The translations under genes and the position numbers were made by a program. The notes beneath the pieces were generated by a model. It was not told the DNA's origin and searched no databases. It was given only the letters and a program-made list of their open reading frames with translations. Below, one piece after another: positions 9,395-16,986 of a stretch of DNA of 41,990 nucleotides. This DNA comes from a virus. The stretch lies in IMG/VR virus record IMGVR_UViG_3300033144_005310, positions 1-41,990 of that record, one strand, 5' to 3'. How positions within the stretch are numbered: position 1 is the stretch's first letter; every line of letters starts with the position of its first letter.

Positions 9395-9410
9395 TTTATA
9401 AAACCAACGA
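9395..9410 (-). promoter_or_regulatory. Conserved 16-nt motif, copy B (putative promoter of the portal transcription unit)
   Basis: Identical to copies A and C. Overlaps SLVL-stop of ORF 9396..9860. Lies about 90 nt upstream of the portal ATG. Confidence 0.55.
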
Positions 9411-9860
9411 TTTTTTTAATGCTTTATGGTCTTTATTTATTAATACAAGTTGTTTTTCTAAGTAGTCTTTATTTTGTAATAGTTGTTTCTTTTTAACAAT
9501 TTGTGCTACCATTTGGTTTAAATTAATAAGTTGTTTCTTAAGTGCCTTACTTCCTTTAGTCATTGACTTTGTTACTTCTTTAATTATTTTATCTGGAATT
9601 AAGTTTTCATCAATATGTTTAAGCTTAACTAATTCTGCTTCTATATTATTCATATTACCATCAGCACTTGCTTTTTGGTTATCAATAAATGCTTGTAGAA
9701 TATGTATTTTGTCTTTATCTATTATTTGTTCTGTTATTTGACTAAAGAATCCTATATCTACATTTTTACCTTTGTGTGGTAATACTAATTTATCTTTACT
9801 ATTAACTATTATTCTTAATTTGCCATTATCTAATTGTTCAAACTTCTTTGTTTCATTCAT
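9396..9860 (-). CDS. Hypothetical coiled-coil protein
   Basis: 154-aa ORF with SD AGGAGGA and K/L/Q-rich heptad-like sequence. Confidence 0.6.
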   Translation of the reverse strand: MNETKKFEQLDNGKLRIIVNSKDKLVLPHKGKNVDIGFFSQITEQIIDKDKIHILQAFIDNQKASADGNMNNIEAELVKLKHIDENLIPDKIIKEVTKSMTKGSKALKKQLINLNQMVAQIVKKKQLLQNKDYLEKQLVLINKDHKALKKSLVL

Positions 9861-10012
9861 TCTCTTATCCTCCTTTGGAATCTACCATATTTATCTTTAT
9901 ACTCTACTAATATATCCATTATTCTTCCCATCTCTGCAACTTTCTCTATTTCAAAAGTTTCATTAGTTATCTCTATTCTCCACTTTCCATCATTCATTTT
10001 TATTCCTATCAT
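9857..10012 (-). CDS. Micro-ORF (51 aa)
   Basis: Hand translated: MIGIKMNDGKWRIEITNETFEIEK.... ATGA overlaps at both ends. Confidence 0.45.
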   Translation of the reverse strand: MIGIKMNDGKWRIEITNETFEIEKVAEMGRIMDILVEYKDKYGRFQRRIRE

Positions 10013-10269
10013 TTTTTATTCCCCCAAGCCATTGGCTTATTTGTATTATATGGACATCCAGGAAAATCATAAGGCGAATCCTTTCTTAATCCACATACAC
10101 TATATTTACTTAATTTCTTTCCTAATCTTGATGAATATATTCTACATAATGTTTTACCATTCTTTAATCTTATTAAATGTTTACATTTATGTCTTGTTAT
10201 CTTATCATCCTTATCTAATAGATAACAACATTGTCCACACATTAAGCATCTTATTTCTTTTTGTTCCAT
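10009..10269 (-). CDS. YkgJ-type CxxCxxCC zinc/iron-binding protein
   Basis: 86 aa containing CLMCGQCC plus further Cys residues (C..C, GCP). Confidence 0.6.
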   Translation of the reverse strand: MEQKEIRCLMCGQCCYLLDKDDKITRHKCKHLIRLKNGKTLCRIYSSRLGKKLSKYSVCGLRKDSPYDFPGCPYNTNKPMAWGNKK

Positions 10270-10508
10270 TTTTTCTGTTTAAATGTTTTCCTTTCTGATG
10301 CACTCATATCATCCCATTTAAGTATTTTACCAACCATTTTTACTCTAAATGTTTTCATACATCTTTGACATTGAAATATTAAAATATAATCTTGTAATAT
10401 CTTTACTCTATATTTACCTATTGTCTTTGGAACTTTACTTCCATGACTTCCTTTCCAATAAGTGCAATAAGGACAAGTAAAATATTTAGTTACCAATATT
10501 ACCTCCAA
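10251..10508 (-). CDS. Small Zn-ribbon protein
   Basis: Contains CPYC ... CQRC. The likely true start is TTG at 10496, behind SD GGAGGT. Confidence 0.55.
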   Translation of the reverse strand: MEVILVTKYFTCPYCTYWKGSHGSKVPKTIGKYRVKILQDYILIFQCQRCMKTFRVKMVGKILKWDDMSASERKTFKQKKWNKKK

Positions 10509-12024
10509 AGTCCAATATTACTTTATTAATTGTCATTAGTTCTAAAGCATAACCTATTGCTATTGGAATATCTGGATGCACTCCTGCTTCTACTAATTTG
10601 CCTTCTACTAACGCATAAGAAGTGCATTCACTTAAGATTCTATCAGCTATGGATTTATCTTTTTCTGTCTTATATGGGATTATAAACCTCTTATTTTCAA
10701 ATGCTGTGCCTAACCTCATGATAAGATTAATCTTTCCAACTGTATGTCTTTTCTCTGTCCAATCATAATCTTTATAAGCTGTCTTTCTTTTAGCTGGGTC
10801 TGATGCTCCAGTCCAGAATAATGTAATAGGTAGATTCCATTGTTGTATATCTTTAGAAATAGATTTAATTGAGTTTTCTTCTAATCCTATTTGGTCATAG
10901 TTTTCTTTAGGGTATAACTCATTTTGTATTATCTTCATTTGTTCAAATACACTTAAACCATGTTCTATTTTACAACATAATAAATAATAAAAGTCATCTT
11001 TTACTCCTAAACCACTAAATACAGAATTATTTGCAGTTATTCTATCACTAAAAGCAAAGTCCACTCCTAATGTTTTCATTTCAAACTGCATTTTAGTAAT
11101 ATCTTCTGCACTAATATCTTCTCTAAAACAACCTTCAATCCATTCTCTTTTAATTAAACTGGCACTATTATCTACAGGATTATTAAGATATTCTTGTTGA
11201 AATGGAATAGAACCAATATCATATTTAATCTTCTTTAGTTTTTCTTTAGTAAATCTATCTTTCCAGAGGATTTTATTAAAATTTTCATCACAAGCTTTGA
11301 ATATCTTACCTTTATGTTTTCTAATCTTCTTCATAAGTAAAGAATCTAATTGTAAAATAGTTCCAATAAACTTCCATCTCCCATTAATATCTAAAGAAGG
11401 AATAATAACTTTGTTTAATTTGTTTGCATCTTTTACTCTTAATTCTGGGTTAAGAACTCTAACATCTTCTTCAATATCATCTAAAATAATAAGTGTTGGT
11501 CGCATATTTCTAAACTTAAATCCTCTTAAGTTCTTTTCAAAAGATACTCCTTCTACTCTGCACCCACCTACATCTAGACAATCTTCCCTATCTCTTGCTC
11601 TATCTGCATTGTTTACTTTCTCAAGTAGGTCGCCATAGATAAATCTTAATAACTCATTATTCTTAAACTCATATTGAACTGGTGTAATAAACTGTACTGT
11701 TTTAGAATGATTTTGAGAAATATATACAATATACTTCTCTAATTTATTTACTATACAAAATATAAGATAAATAATTCCAGTGATAGATGACTTTGCATGA
11801 CCTCTTGGTGCTGCCAATGCTCCACTTTTTTCATCAAATAAAAAATCATAAATCTCACTATGAAATTTGGGTATTTTATTAGTAATAGTTTCTGGAAATA
11901 GAACCTCTGCAAATAAATTGATATTTTCTTTAAAACTAAAGATATATCGAAGTAATTCTTTTAATGTATTATCATCACCACTCTCTTTTATTATTTTGGC
12001 AATCTCTTTTTTTGTTATTTTCAT
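10486..12024 (-). CDS. terL: Terminase large subunit
   Basis: 512 aa. P-loop-like AAPRGHAKSS, Walker B LIILDDIEED, and a C-terminal nuclease-like region. Follows a small HTH gene. Confidence 0.9.
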   Translation of the reverse strand: MKITKKEIAKIIKESGDDNTLKELLRYIFSFKENINLFAEVLFPETITNKIPKFHSEIYDFLFDEKSGALAAPRGHAKSSITGIIYLIFCIVNKLEKYIVYISQNHSKTVQFITPVQYEFKNNELLRFIYGDLLEKVNNADRARDREDCLDVGGCRVEGVSFEKNLRGFKFRNMRPTLIILDDIEEDVRVLNPELRVKDANKLNKVIIPSLDINGRWKFIGTILQLDSLLMKKIRKHKGKIFKACDENFNKILWKDRFTKEKLKKIKYDIGSIPFQQEYLNNPVDNSASLIKREWIEGCFREDISAEDITKMQFEMKTLGVDFAFSDRITANNSVFSGLGVKDDFYYLLCCKIEHGLSVFEQMKIIQNELYPKENYDQIGLEENSIKSISKDIQQWNLPITLFWTGASDPAKRKTAYKDYDWTEKRHTVGKINLIMRLGTAFENKRFIIPYKTEKDKSIADRILSECTSYALVEGKLVEAGVHPDIPIAIGYALELMTINKVILDFGGNIGN

Positions 12025-12434
12025 AAATTAAGTATTCTTCTTATTTCCACCTCTTTTTGTTCAATAGTAAGTGTTATTATTTTCTCTGCAACCTTATTTT
12101 TATATCCCCAATTTTCAAGGAAATTAGTCATCTTATCATTTATGTCCCCTAAAATCTTTATAGCCATCATTACTTCTTTATTATTATTAGAATTAATTGC
12201 TATCTTTCTTAATTTCATAATAGAAGTCTTATAACCTTGATATATTTCTCGGCTTATTACATTAACATCTTCTACATTACATTCATCTTTAATAAGGGTC
12301 ATGTCCCTTTGAACTGCTTGTTTACTAACTTGGTAATGGTCTGCTAAATCTTTTTGTTTAATATTCCAGAATCCTACTTTTTCTACTAACTTTCTTATTT
12401 CATCCCTTCTTGCTTTAGTTGCTAATTTATCCAT
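12021..12434 (-). CDS. Putative terminase small subunit (HTH DNA-binding)
   Basis: 137 aa directly upstream of terL and overlapping it. HTH-like KQKDLADHYQVSKQAVQRDM. Confidence 0.6.
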   Translation of the reverse strand: MDKLATKARRDEIRKLVEKVGFWNIKQKDLADHYQVSKQAVQRDMTLIKDECNVEDVNVISREIYQGYKTSIMKLRKIAINSNNNKEVMMAIKILGDINDKMTNFLENWGYKNKVAEKIITLTIEQKEVEIRRILNL

Positions 12435-12444
12435 CTTTTTTCAT

Positions 12445-12462
12445 TTGACTACCATTGACTAC
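12445..12462 (-). repeat. Direct repeat TTGACTAC x2 with a 10-bp period, upstream of the small terminase gene
   Basis: Plus strand tTTGACTACcaTTGACTAC. Lies 11-28 nt upstream of ATG 12434. Confidence 0.6.
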
Positions 12463-12475
12463 AACCTTTAATCAT

Positions 12476-12492
12476 TGCTTAAAACTTTTAAT
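12476..12492 (-). promoter_or_regulatory. 17-nt motif TGCTTAAAACTTTTAAT, shared with 23905-23921 (operator-like)
   Basis: Exact 17-mer found twice in the genome. Both copies are intergenic and sit at the heads of operons. Confidence 0.6.
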
Positions 12493-12634
12493 CTTCTAAA
12501 TCTTTCCAATCATGTCCATGCATACAATTTGTGCATAAATAAAAACCGCGATTGTTTGTATCATATACTGGTAATGTTACTGGTTCTATATATCCTCTTT
12601 CTTTACAATTAGGACATATTTTATCATAAGTCAA
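12488..12634 (-). CDS. Possible Zn-ribbon micro-ORF (48 aa, TTG start)
   Basis: TYDKICPNCKERGY...YLCTNCMHGHDW. No clear SD; the start overlaps the end of the methyltransferase gene. Confidence 0.35.
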   Translation of the reverse strand: MTYDKICPNCKERGYIEPVTLPVYDTNNRGFYLCTNCMHGHDWKDLED

Positions 12635-13790
12635 TTTTTGTTGCTTTATTTCCTGTGTAATCTTCCCATCTGTCTATTATCACTTGGCAATATATTGGGT
12701 CTAATTCCATCATAAAACATTTTCTTTTAAGTTTTTCAGCAACAATTAAGGTTGTTCCTGAACCACCAAATAAATCTAAAACTTTATCTCCTTGATTAAC
12801 AGATTTTATTAACTCTGAAAATAATTTTATTGGTTTAGGACAAGTATGGAGATTTCTTAATTCTACTCCTTCAACTTTCTGTCTTTCAACAATTATATCT
12901 AAATAATCATCTACTAATTTATTCTTGAACCTTCCCCATATAAATATAGGTTCTGTTCTTCTCCAATTACTATTCTTTCCACCACTTTGTTTATTTCTTG
13001 CTATCCAATAGAATTTATCATAAGGGTCTTTATTCTCCCAAAATTTATTATATGTCCATCCAGTAAATAAAATAATTAGTTTTGATTTTGTTTTTGCTAT
13101 ATTAAACCATGAATCTGAAAATCTTAAATATTCTTCCCCTTTTTCATCTTTATATTGATTATATTCATATCCAATACCATAAGGTGGGTCTGTTAATATT
13201 AAATCAATATTATTATTTTCAATAAGTGTGTTATAATCTTTTTCAATAGTTGCATCTCCACAAAGAAGTCTATGTTCTCCTAATTGATATATATCTCCTA
13301 ACTTTACTTTACAATTAGCTTCTGCTTCTTTTCTTGCTTGTTCTGGGTCAAATTCTTCATCTTTTGCTTCTTTTTGATTAATTAAGTCTAATAATTCTTT
13401 TATATTCTTATTCTGGCTTGGAAGTAAGTTTATCAATTCAACAATCGCATTATTATCATCTAAAAACTTAAACTCTTTCATATCAAAATCTTCTCTATGT
13501 GTTCCTTTTAGTTTGTTTAGCACTTGTCTCAATATTCGCCTATCTACTTCATCAACATCTAAAGCAATAACTGGGACTTCTTTTATATCTAAATCTCTTG
13601 CTGCCTTCCATCTGTGATAACCATCTGCTATTTTATATTCTTTATTTGTAATAATAGGAATAATAAATCCATATTTGCTTATAACCTCTTTTAATGCATC
13701 AAAGTCATTATCATTCATCTCATTAGGATTAGTTTCATCCACTATTAGCTTTGTTCTATCAATTAGTTCTGCTTTTGGTATGTTTATCAT
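12624..13790 (-). CDS. ParB-like nuclease domain fused to a DNA N6-adenine/N4-cytosine methyltransferase
   Basis: N-terminal IADGYHRWKAA..VPVIAL (ParB motif). DPPY motif LILTDPPYGIGY precedes FGGSGTT, which is the beta-class motif order. Confidence 0.9.
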   Translation of the reverse strand: MINIPKAELIDRTKLIVDETNPNEMNDNDFDALKEVISKYGFIIPIITNKEYKIADGYHRWKAARDLDIKEVPVIALDVDEVDRRILRQVLNKLKGTHREDFDMKEFKFLDDNNAIVELINLLPSQNKNIKELLDLINQKEAKDEEFDPEQARKEAEANCKVKLGDIYQLGEHRLLCGDATIEKDYNTLIENNNIDLILTDPPYGIGYEYNQYKDEKGEEYLRFSDSWFNIAKTKSKLIILFTGWTYNKFWENKDPYDKFYWIARNKQSGGKNSNWRRTEPIFIWGRFKNKLVDDYLDIIVERQKVEGVELRNLHTCPKPIKLFSELIKSVNQGDKVLDLFGGSGTTLIVAEKLKRKCFMMELDPIYCQVIIDRWEDYTGNKATKIDL

Positions 13791-14041
13791 TTTATTTTAT
13801 TTATATATGTTCTATTTCCTCCTTTACCTGTTATTCTTTCAATATCTAATATTCCTCTATCCCATAATTCTTTTATTTTTCTATAAAATGTTTTATAAGA
13901 AATACTATTTGGATGTTTTAATATAAAATTATTATACATTACACCCATACTCATTGGAAGTTTGTTTTCTTTTATTATTTCAATTATAGCTCCATCTTGT
14001 TGTTGTGTTGCTAATCCAGATAATCCTTTCCAATTAATCAT
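13787..14041 (-). CDS. Winged-helix DNA-binding protein
   Basis: 84 aa. SYKTFYRKIKELWDRGILDIERITGKGGNRTYI resembles a wHTH recognition helix plus wing. Confidence 0.55.
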   Translation of the reverse strand: MINWKGLSGLATQQQDGAIIEIIKENKLPMSMGVMYNNFILKHPNSISYKTFYRKIKELWDRGILDIERITGKGGNRTYINKIK

Positions 14042-14177
14042 TTTTTCTTGTATTTACCTCTATTTTTTCTAATAAACTCTTTATATCCATTAACTTTGTG
14101 CTTAATTGTAAGTTTGATACTTGTAGCTGTTGTTTAATGTTTATTACTTGTTCTTTAAGTAAGTCTAATTCATCCAT
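14034..14177 (-). CDS. Micro-ORF (47 aa, coiled coil)
   Basis: Hand translated: MDELDLLKEQVINIKQQLQ.... Overlaps both neighbouring genes. Confidence 0.4.
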   Translation of the reverse strand: MDELDLLKEQVINIKQQLQVSNLQLSTKLMDIKSLLEKIEVNTRKND

Positions 14178-14368
14178 TTTAAATATTGTTTTAATTTATC
14201 TATTAAATTAAGATGATGCTCATCATATTTTTTTACTAATTCTATAAATTCCTTATCACTCATATTATTTGTATCATATTCATCAAGAACAAGATTAGTT
14301 CCATAATCATCATCATCTTCAACACAACATATTATATATTTCATTTCTTTTTTTGTTATTTTATCCAT
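14165..14368 (-). CDS. Small acidic protein
   Basis: The track ORF starts at TTG 14383. ATG 14368 (a TAATG junction) is more likely. Contains the acidic run VEDDDDYG. Confidence 0.55.
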   Translation of the reverse strand: MDKITKKEMKYIICCVEDDDDYGTNLVLDEYDTNNMSDKEFIELVKKYDEHHLNLIDKLKQYLKWMN

Positions 14369-14478
14369 TATATTATACTCCAATATTGCATTACCTTAAT
14401 AACAACCCATATAAGAAAGCTATAAAAAGCAATTCCTATTAATACAGGTATTATAAAAAACCATTTTTCTATTTCCAT
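14368..14478 (-). CDS. Micro-ORF (36 aa, single transmembrane helix)
   Basis: SD CTGGAGGAAGA. MEIEKWFFIIPVLIGIAFYSFLIWVVIKV... Confidence 0.4.
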   Translation of the reverse strand: MEIEKWFFIIPVLIGIAFYSFLIWVVIKVMQYWSII

Positions 14479-14606
14479 TCTTCCTCCAGCTTTTGTTCTT
14501 TCTTTAGTAACTCTTTTAATTCTGCACATTCTTCCTTTGTCATCTTACTAAATGGTATTCTTTTTAATTCTTGTTTTCTCCATTTTTCTTTTGGTTTCAG
14601 TTCCAT
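14469..14606 (-). CDS. Micro-ORF (45 aa)
   Basis: Starts at GGAGGGAAAGATGGAA, the same initiation cassette as the four-copy early element. Overlaps the 3' end of the Zn-ribbon ORF. Confidence 0.45.
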   Translation of the reverse strand: MELKPKEKWRKQELKRIPFSKMTKEECAELKELLKKEQKLEEEWK

Positions 14607-14760
14607 CTTTCCCTCCGCTTTTGTTTCTCAATAAGTTCATTATTGAAGCTGTCTTATTCCCACAATACTTACATTTAAACATCTTCCAATTAGAGTTATA
14701 GTTCATTATTGAAGCTGTCTTATTCCCACAATACTTACATTTAAACATCTTTCCCTCCAT
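14548..14760 (-). CDS. Small CxxC protein with an internally duplicated N-terminus
   Basis: MFKCKYCGNKTASIMN occurs twice. The likely start is ATG 14748, behind GGAGGG. The track start at 14760 lies inside the upstream motif. Confidence 0.6.
   Translation of the reverse strand: MEGKMFKCKYCGNKTASIMNYNSNWKMFKCKYCGNKTASIMNLLRNKSGGKDGTETKRKMEKTRIKKNTI
14634..14751 (-). repeat. Tandem duplication: 51-52 bp perfect direct repeat with a 66-bp period
   Basis: 14635-14685 is identical to 14701-14751. Each copy carries its own ATG and a CxxC motif. Confidence 0.9.
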
Positions 14761-14783
14761 TTATGCGTGTTGATTATACGAAC
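14749..14783 (-). promoter_or_regulatory. Early upstream element, copy 1 (GTTCGTATAA-N-ACGCATAAATGGAGGGAAAGATG)
   Basis: One of four related copies (14899-14931, 16560-16594, 16720-16758). Each directly precedes a micro-gene. Confidence 0.6.
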
Positions 14784-14898
14784 TCCCCTGAATTACTTTC
14801 CGATATTCTTCTAATGTTCCTTTAAATACAATTTTCCCATCTTTCTTCACAAAACTAACATACCTTGGAAACCCTGTATTTATTTCTTCCAATTTCAT
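14761..14898 (-). CDS. Micro-ORF (45 aa)
   Basis: MKLEEINTGFPRYVSFVKKDGKIVFKG.... Its stop is the TAA inside element copy 1. Confidence 0.5.
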   Translation of the reverse strand: MKLEEINTGFPRYVSFVKKDGKIVFKGTLEEYRKVIQGSSYNQHA

Positions 14899-14931
14899 TT
14901 TATTTATGCGTATAATAGTTATTAGACGAAC
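14899..14931 (-). promoter_or_regulatory. Early upstream element, copy 4 (variant, no SD)
   Basis: Coding strand GTTCGTCTAATAACTATTATACGCATAAATAAAATG. Contains an imperfect hairpin CGTCTAAT/ATTATACG. Confidence 0.5.
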
Positions 14932-14934
14932 TAT

Positions 14935-15243
14935 TCATCTATACCTCTTTATATTCAAATTTGCTTTTCTTAATAAAAAGTTTCTTTCTGAATTGATTTT
15001 TAATATATTATTTTTCATCTCTCTTAAGTTTTTCATTAATTTTAAATTAAATTTTATCAATTCTACTTTTTTCATTAACTTTAATTCTTCTTTTGTCTTT
15101 CTATATCTATATTCATTTTCTACCATATTATTTATTTTCTTTTTATTATTTGTTTTTGTTTTTTCAATAGTTGCAAGTTCTTCAATATATTCTTCTACAT
15201 CTTTATCTTCATTAAGTAATCTTGTAAATAAATCTTTTATCAT
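14935..15243 (-). CDS. Hypothetical K/E-rich coiled-coil protein
   Basis: Track ORF trimmed to ATG 15243 (ATGA overlap with the upstream stop). Confidence 0.55.
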   Translation of the reverse strand: MIKDLFTRLLNEDKDVEEYIEELATIEKTKTNNKKKINNMVENEYRYRKTKEELKLMKKVELIKFNLKLMKNLREMKNNILKINSERNFLLRKANLNIKRYR

Positions 15244-15590
15244 TGTTCCCAACCTTTTATTACTATTACTCCTTCTTCTCCTTTGAATCGTTCAGCTCTC
15301 TTGGGATTTAACTCAATTTCAAACTCAATATTGGCAGAAAGGTCTACAATATCAACCCTTCTTATCTTTCCATTATCATCTTTTCTATTTCTACAAGCTT
15401 CAGTAATAAATTTTCCACCATTTGAAAGAATCTCATAACAAGTCTTTGCTTTTAATAACTCATGTTTAAGACTATTTGCTGGACTAAAAAAACAAGCATT
15501 AATCTTTCTCTTGTGTAAATTAGAGCAACCAGGCAAATGGTATTTGTTATATACTTCTTTTATTCTTTTATTCACTTCTTTTTTGTTCAT
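15240..15590 (-). CDS. Hypothetical protein, possibly a PD-(D/E)XK-like nuclease
   Basis: 116 aa. HELLKAK..E..RRVDIVDL..IEFEIE resembles the acidic motifs of the restriction-endonuclease fold. This is a weak call. Confidence 0.5.
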   Translation of the reverse strand: MNKKEVNKRIKEVYNKYHLPGCSNLHKRKINACFFSPANSLKHELLKAKTCYEILSNGGKFITEACRNRKDDNGKIRRVDIVDLSANIEFEIELNPKRAERFKGEEGVIVIKGWEQ

Positions 15591-15787
15591 CCTATATAGC
15601 TTTTGTCTTCAAATTCTGTTTTAATCTCAACTTCTTTTCCATCATTTTCTGGAAACTTGATATAAATAATATAAGGTAGTTTGCATTTAGGACAAATTGC
15701 TTTTATTTCCATTTTATTTAATCCATATCCTGATGCTTTCCATTCTATATTATTAATTTTTTTACATCTTTTACATTTTATTTTCAT
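15587..15787 (-). CDS. Zn-ribbon protein
   Basis: 66 aa with CKRC ... CPKC. Confidence 0.6.
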   Translation of the reverse strand: MKIKCKRCKKINNIEWKASGYGLNKMEIKAICPKCKLPYIIYIKFPENDGKEVEIKTEFEDKSYIG

Positions 15788-16057
15788 TTATAACCCCTTC
15801 TTTAATGTTGCACTATCTCTTTTATCTACTATTATCCATTTATCTCCTTCTTTTTCTATTATTGCCTTTGCATTTTCTACTGAAGAATTTATTTCTTCTA
15901 AATTATCACAAGGACTTCCACCACCATATTTTACTCCTTTATTACTTCCATAATCAACACTTGTATAAGGTGCACCATTCTTAACTGATTCAACATAATG
16001 GTTTGGTTCTCCTCTAAAATCGTTTTCACTTATTGTTATTTCAACTTTCTTATTCAT
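15788..16057 (-). CDS. Hypothetical protein
   Basis: 89-aa ORF, translationally coupled to its neighbours. Confidence 0.6.
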   Translation of the reverse strand: MNKKVEITISENDFRGEPNHYVESVKNGAPYTSVDYGSNKGVKYGGGSPCDNLEEINSSVENAKAIIEKEGDKWIIVDKRDSATLKKGL

Positions 16058-16194
16058 TTTAAACTATTCTTACTTTTTTCATAATCTTTACAATTAGCAC
16101 ACATTTTTATTTCTTTTTTCATTAATAATGATTTATGATGTTTCATGCAATACATAGTTGTATAATATTTACAATCTGTTCTTTCTTTTTGCAT
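16054..16194 (-). CDS. Micro-ORF (46 aa, Cys-rich)
   Basis: MQKERTDCKYYTTMYCMKHH...CANCKDY. ATGA overlap with the next gene. Confidence 0.45.
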   Translation of the reverse strand: MQKERTDCKYYTTMYCMKHHKSLLMKKEIKMCANCKDYEKSKNSLK

Positions 16195-16276
16195 CTTTTA
16201 TCATCCAATCTCTTATTGCTTTTCTTCTTTTTGCTCCTGGTTTGTATTTTGCTCTTATTTCTTCAAGTTCTTTCAT
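16169..16276 (-). CDS. Micro-ORF (35 aa, basic)
   Basis: No SD. The ATG lies 22 nt after a TTATATAA box. Confidence 0.3.
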   Translation of the reverse strand: MKELEEIRAKYKPGAKRRKAIRDWMIKDAKRKNRL

Positions 16277-16317
16277 TTTTTAATTATCAACTTATATCTT
16301 ATATAATAAATCTATTG

Positions 16318-16410
16318 TTATATTAACCATTTTAAAATTATCATTATTAAATTAGCTACAACAACTGCTATTGTCACATTTCTTATTTGTATATAATCTG
16401 TTTTATTCAT
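16318..16410 (-). CDS. Micro-ORF (30 aa, hydrophobic)
   Basis: ATGA overlap with the upstream micro-ORF. IAVVVANLIMIILKWLI. Confidence 0.3.
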   Translation of the reverse strand: MNKTDYIQIRNVTIAVVVANLIMIILKWLI

Positions 16411-16559
16411 ATCTTCTCCAGTTTATGTTTTAATACTTTCCTTACTCTACAAGACATAGTTGTATCATCAATAACCTTAAAGACTTCTTTCATTCTATTA
16501 TTGAGAGCCATCTTAATTGTATCAGCACAAACATCACAATTAGTTTCGTTCATTTCCAT
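16407..16559 (-). CDS. Micro-ORF (50 aa)
   Basis: Directly follows element copy 2. MEMNETNCDVCADTIKMALNN... Confidence 0.5.
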   Translation of the reverse strand: MEMNETNCDVCADTIKMALNNRMKEVFKVIDDTTMSCRVRKVLKHKLEKI

Positions 16560-16594
16560 CTTTCCCTCCATTTATGCGTGTTGGTTATACAAAC
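16560..16594 (-). promoter_or_regulatory. Early upstream element, copy 2
   Basis: Coding strand GTTTGTATAACCAACACGCATAAATGGAGGGAAAGATG. Confidence 0.6.
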
Positions 16595-16719
16595 AATCTT
16601 CTTATTCCTTGCTCTCTAATATTTAATTCTGTCTCTTGTTCATATATTTCTATTTCCTCAATAGTATGATTATTCCCATACGAAAGCCAAACATTCTTCT
16701 CTTCATATATTAGTTCCAT
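16585..16719 (-). CDS. Micro-ORF (44 aa)
   Basis: Follows element copy 3. Its stop codon lies inside element copy 2. Confidence 0.5.
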   Translation of the reverse strand: MELIYEEKNVWLSYGNNHTIEEIEIYEQETELNIREQGIRRLFV

Positions 16720-16758
16720 CTTTCCTCCCATTTATGCGTATACTATAATTATACGAAC
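16720..16758 (-). promoter_or_regulatory. Early upstream element, copy 3 (with hairpin CGTATA-N7-TATACG)
   Basis: Coding strand GTTCGTATAATTATAGTATACGCATAAATGGGAGGAAAGATG. Confidence 0.6.
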
Positions 16759-16761
16759 TTA

Positions 16762-16986
16762 TTAATCATGTCCTTCTCTTGCTTGTTGTTTTCCATCTTC
16801 ACAATTAGGACATAAATTATTCTCCTTAGGGTAATCTGCTGGAAGCTTACATTCACAACATTCACAAGTTCTATATGAAGTCATGCTTCCATTCTTGTAT
16901 CCATGCAAATCCATAACTCTCATTATGTCATCTACTAATGCTTGTGGCATTTGTTCTTTTCCTTTTACTTTAATTTCAATTTTCAT
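16762..16986 (-). CDS. Small Cys-rich (Zn-binding) protein
   Basis: 74 aa with CECCEC ... CPNC. Confidence 0.6.
   Translation of the reverse strand: MKIEIKVKGKEQMPQALVDDIMRVMDLHGYKNGSMTSYRTCECCECKLPADYPKENNLCPNCEDGKQQAREGHD

Noticed and set aside
14906-15286. Poly-leucine tail (LLLLLLLL) in a plus-strand ORF.
   Set aside because: It is the shadow of the K/E-rich minus-strand genes 14935..15243 and 15240..15590.
14749-16758. Possibility that the four repeated early elements form a CRISPR-like array.
   Set aside because: The copies are imperfect and irregularly spaced (about 115 bp to 1.6 kb). Each contains an SD and start codon for an ORF, and there are no cas genes.
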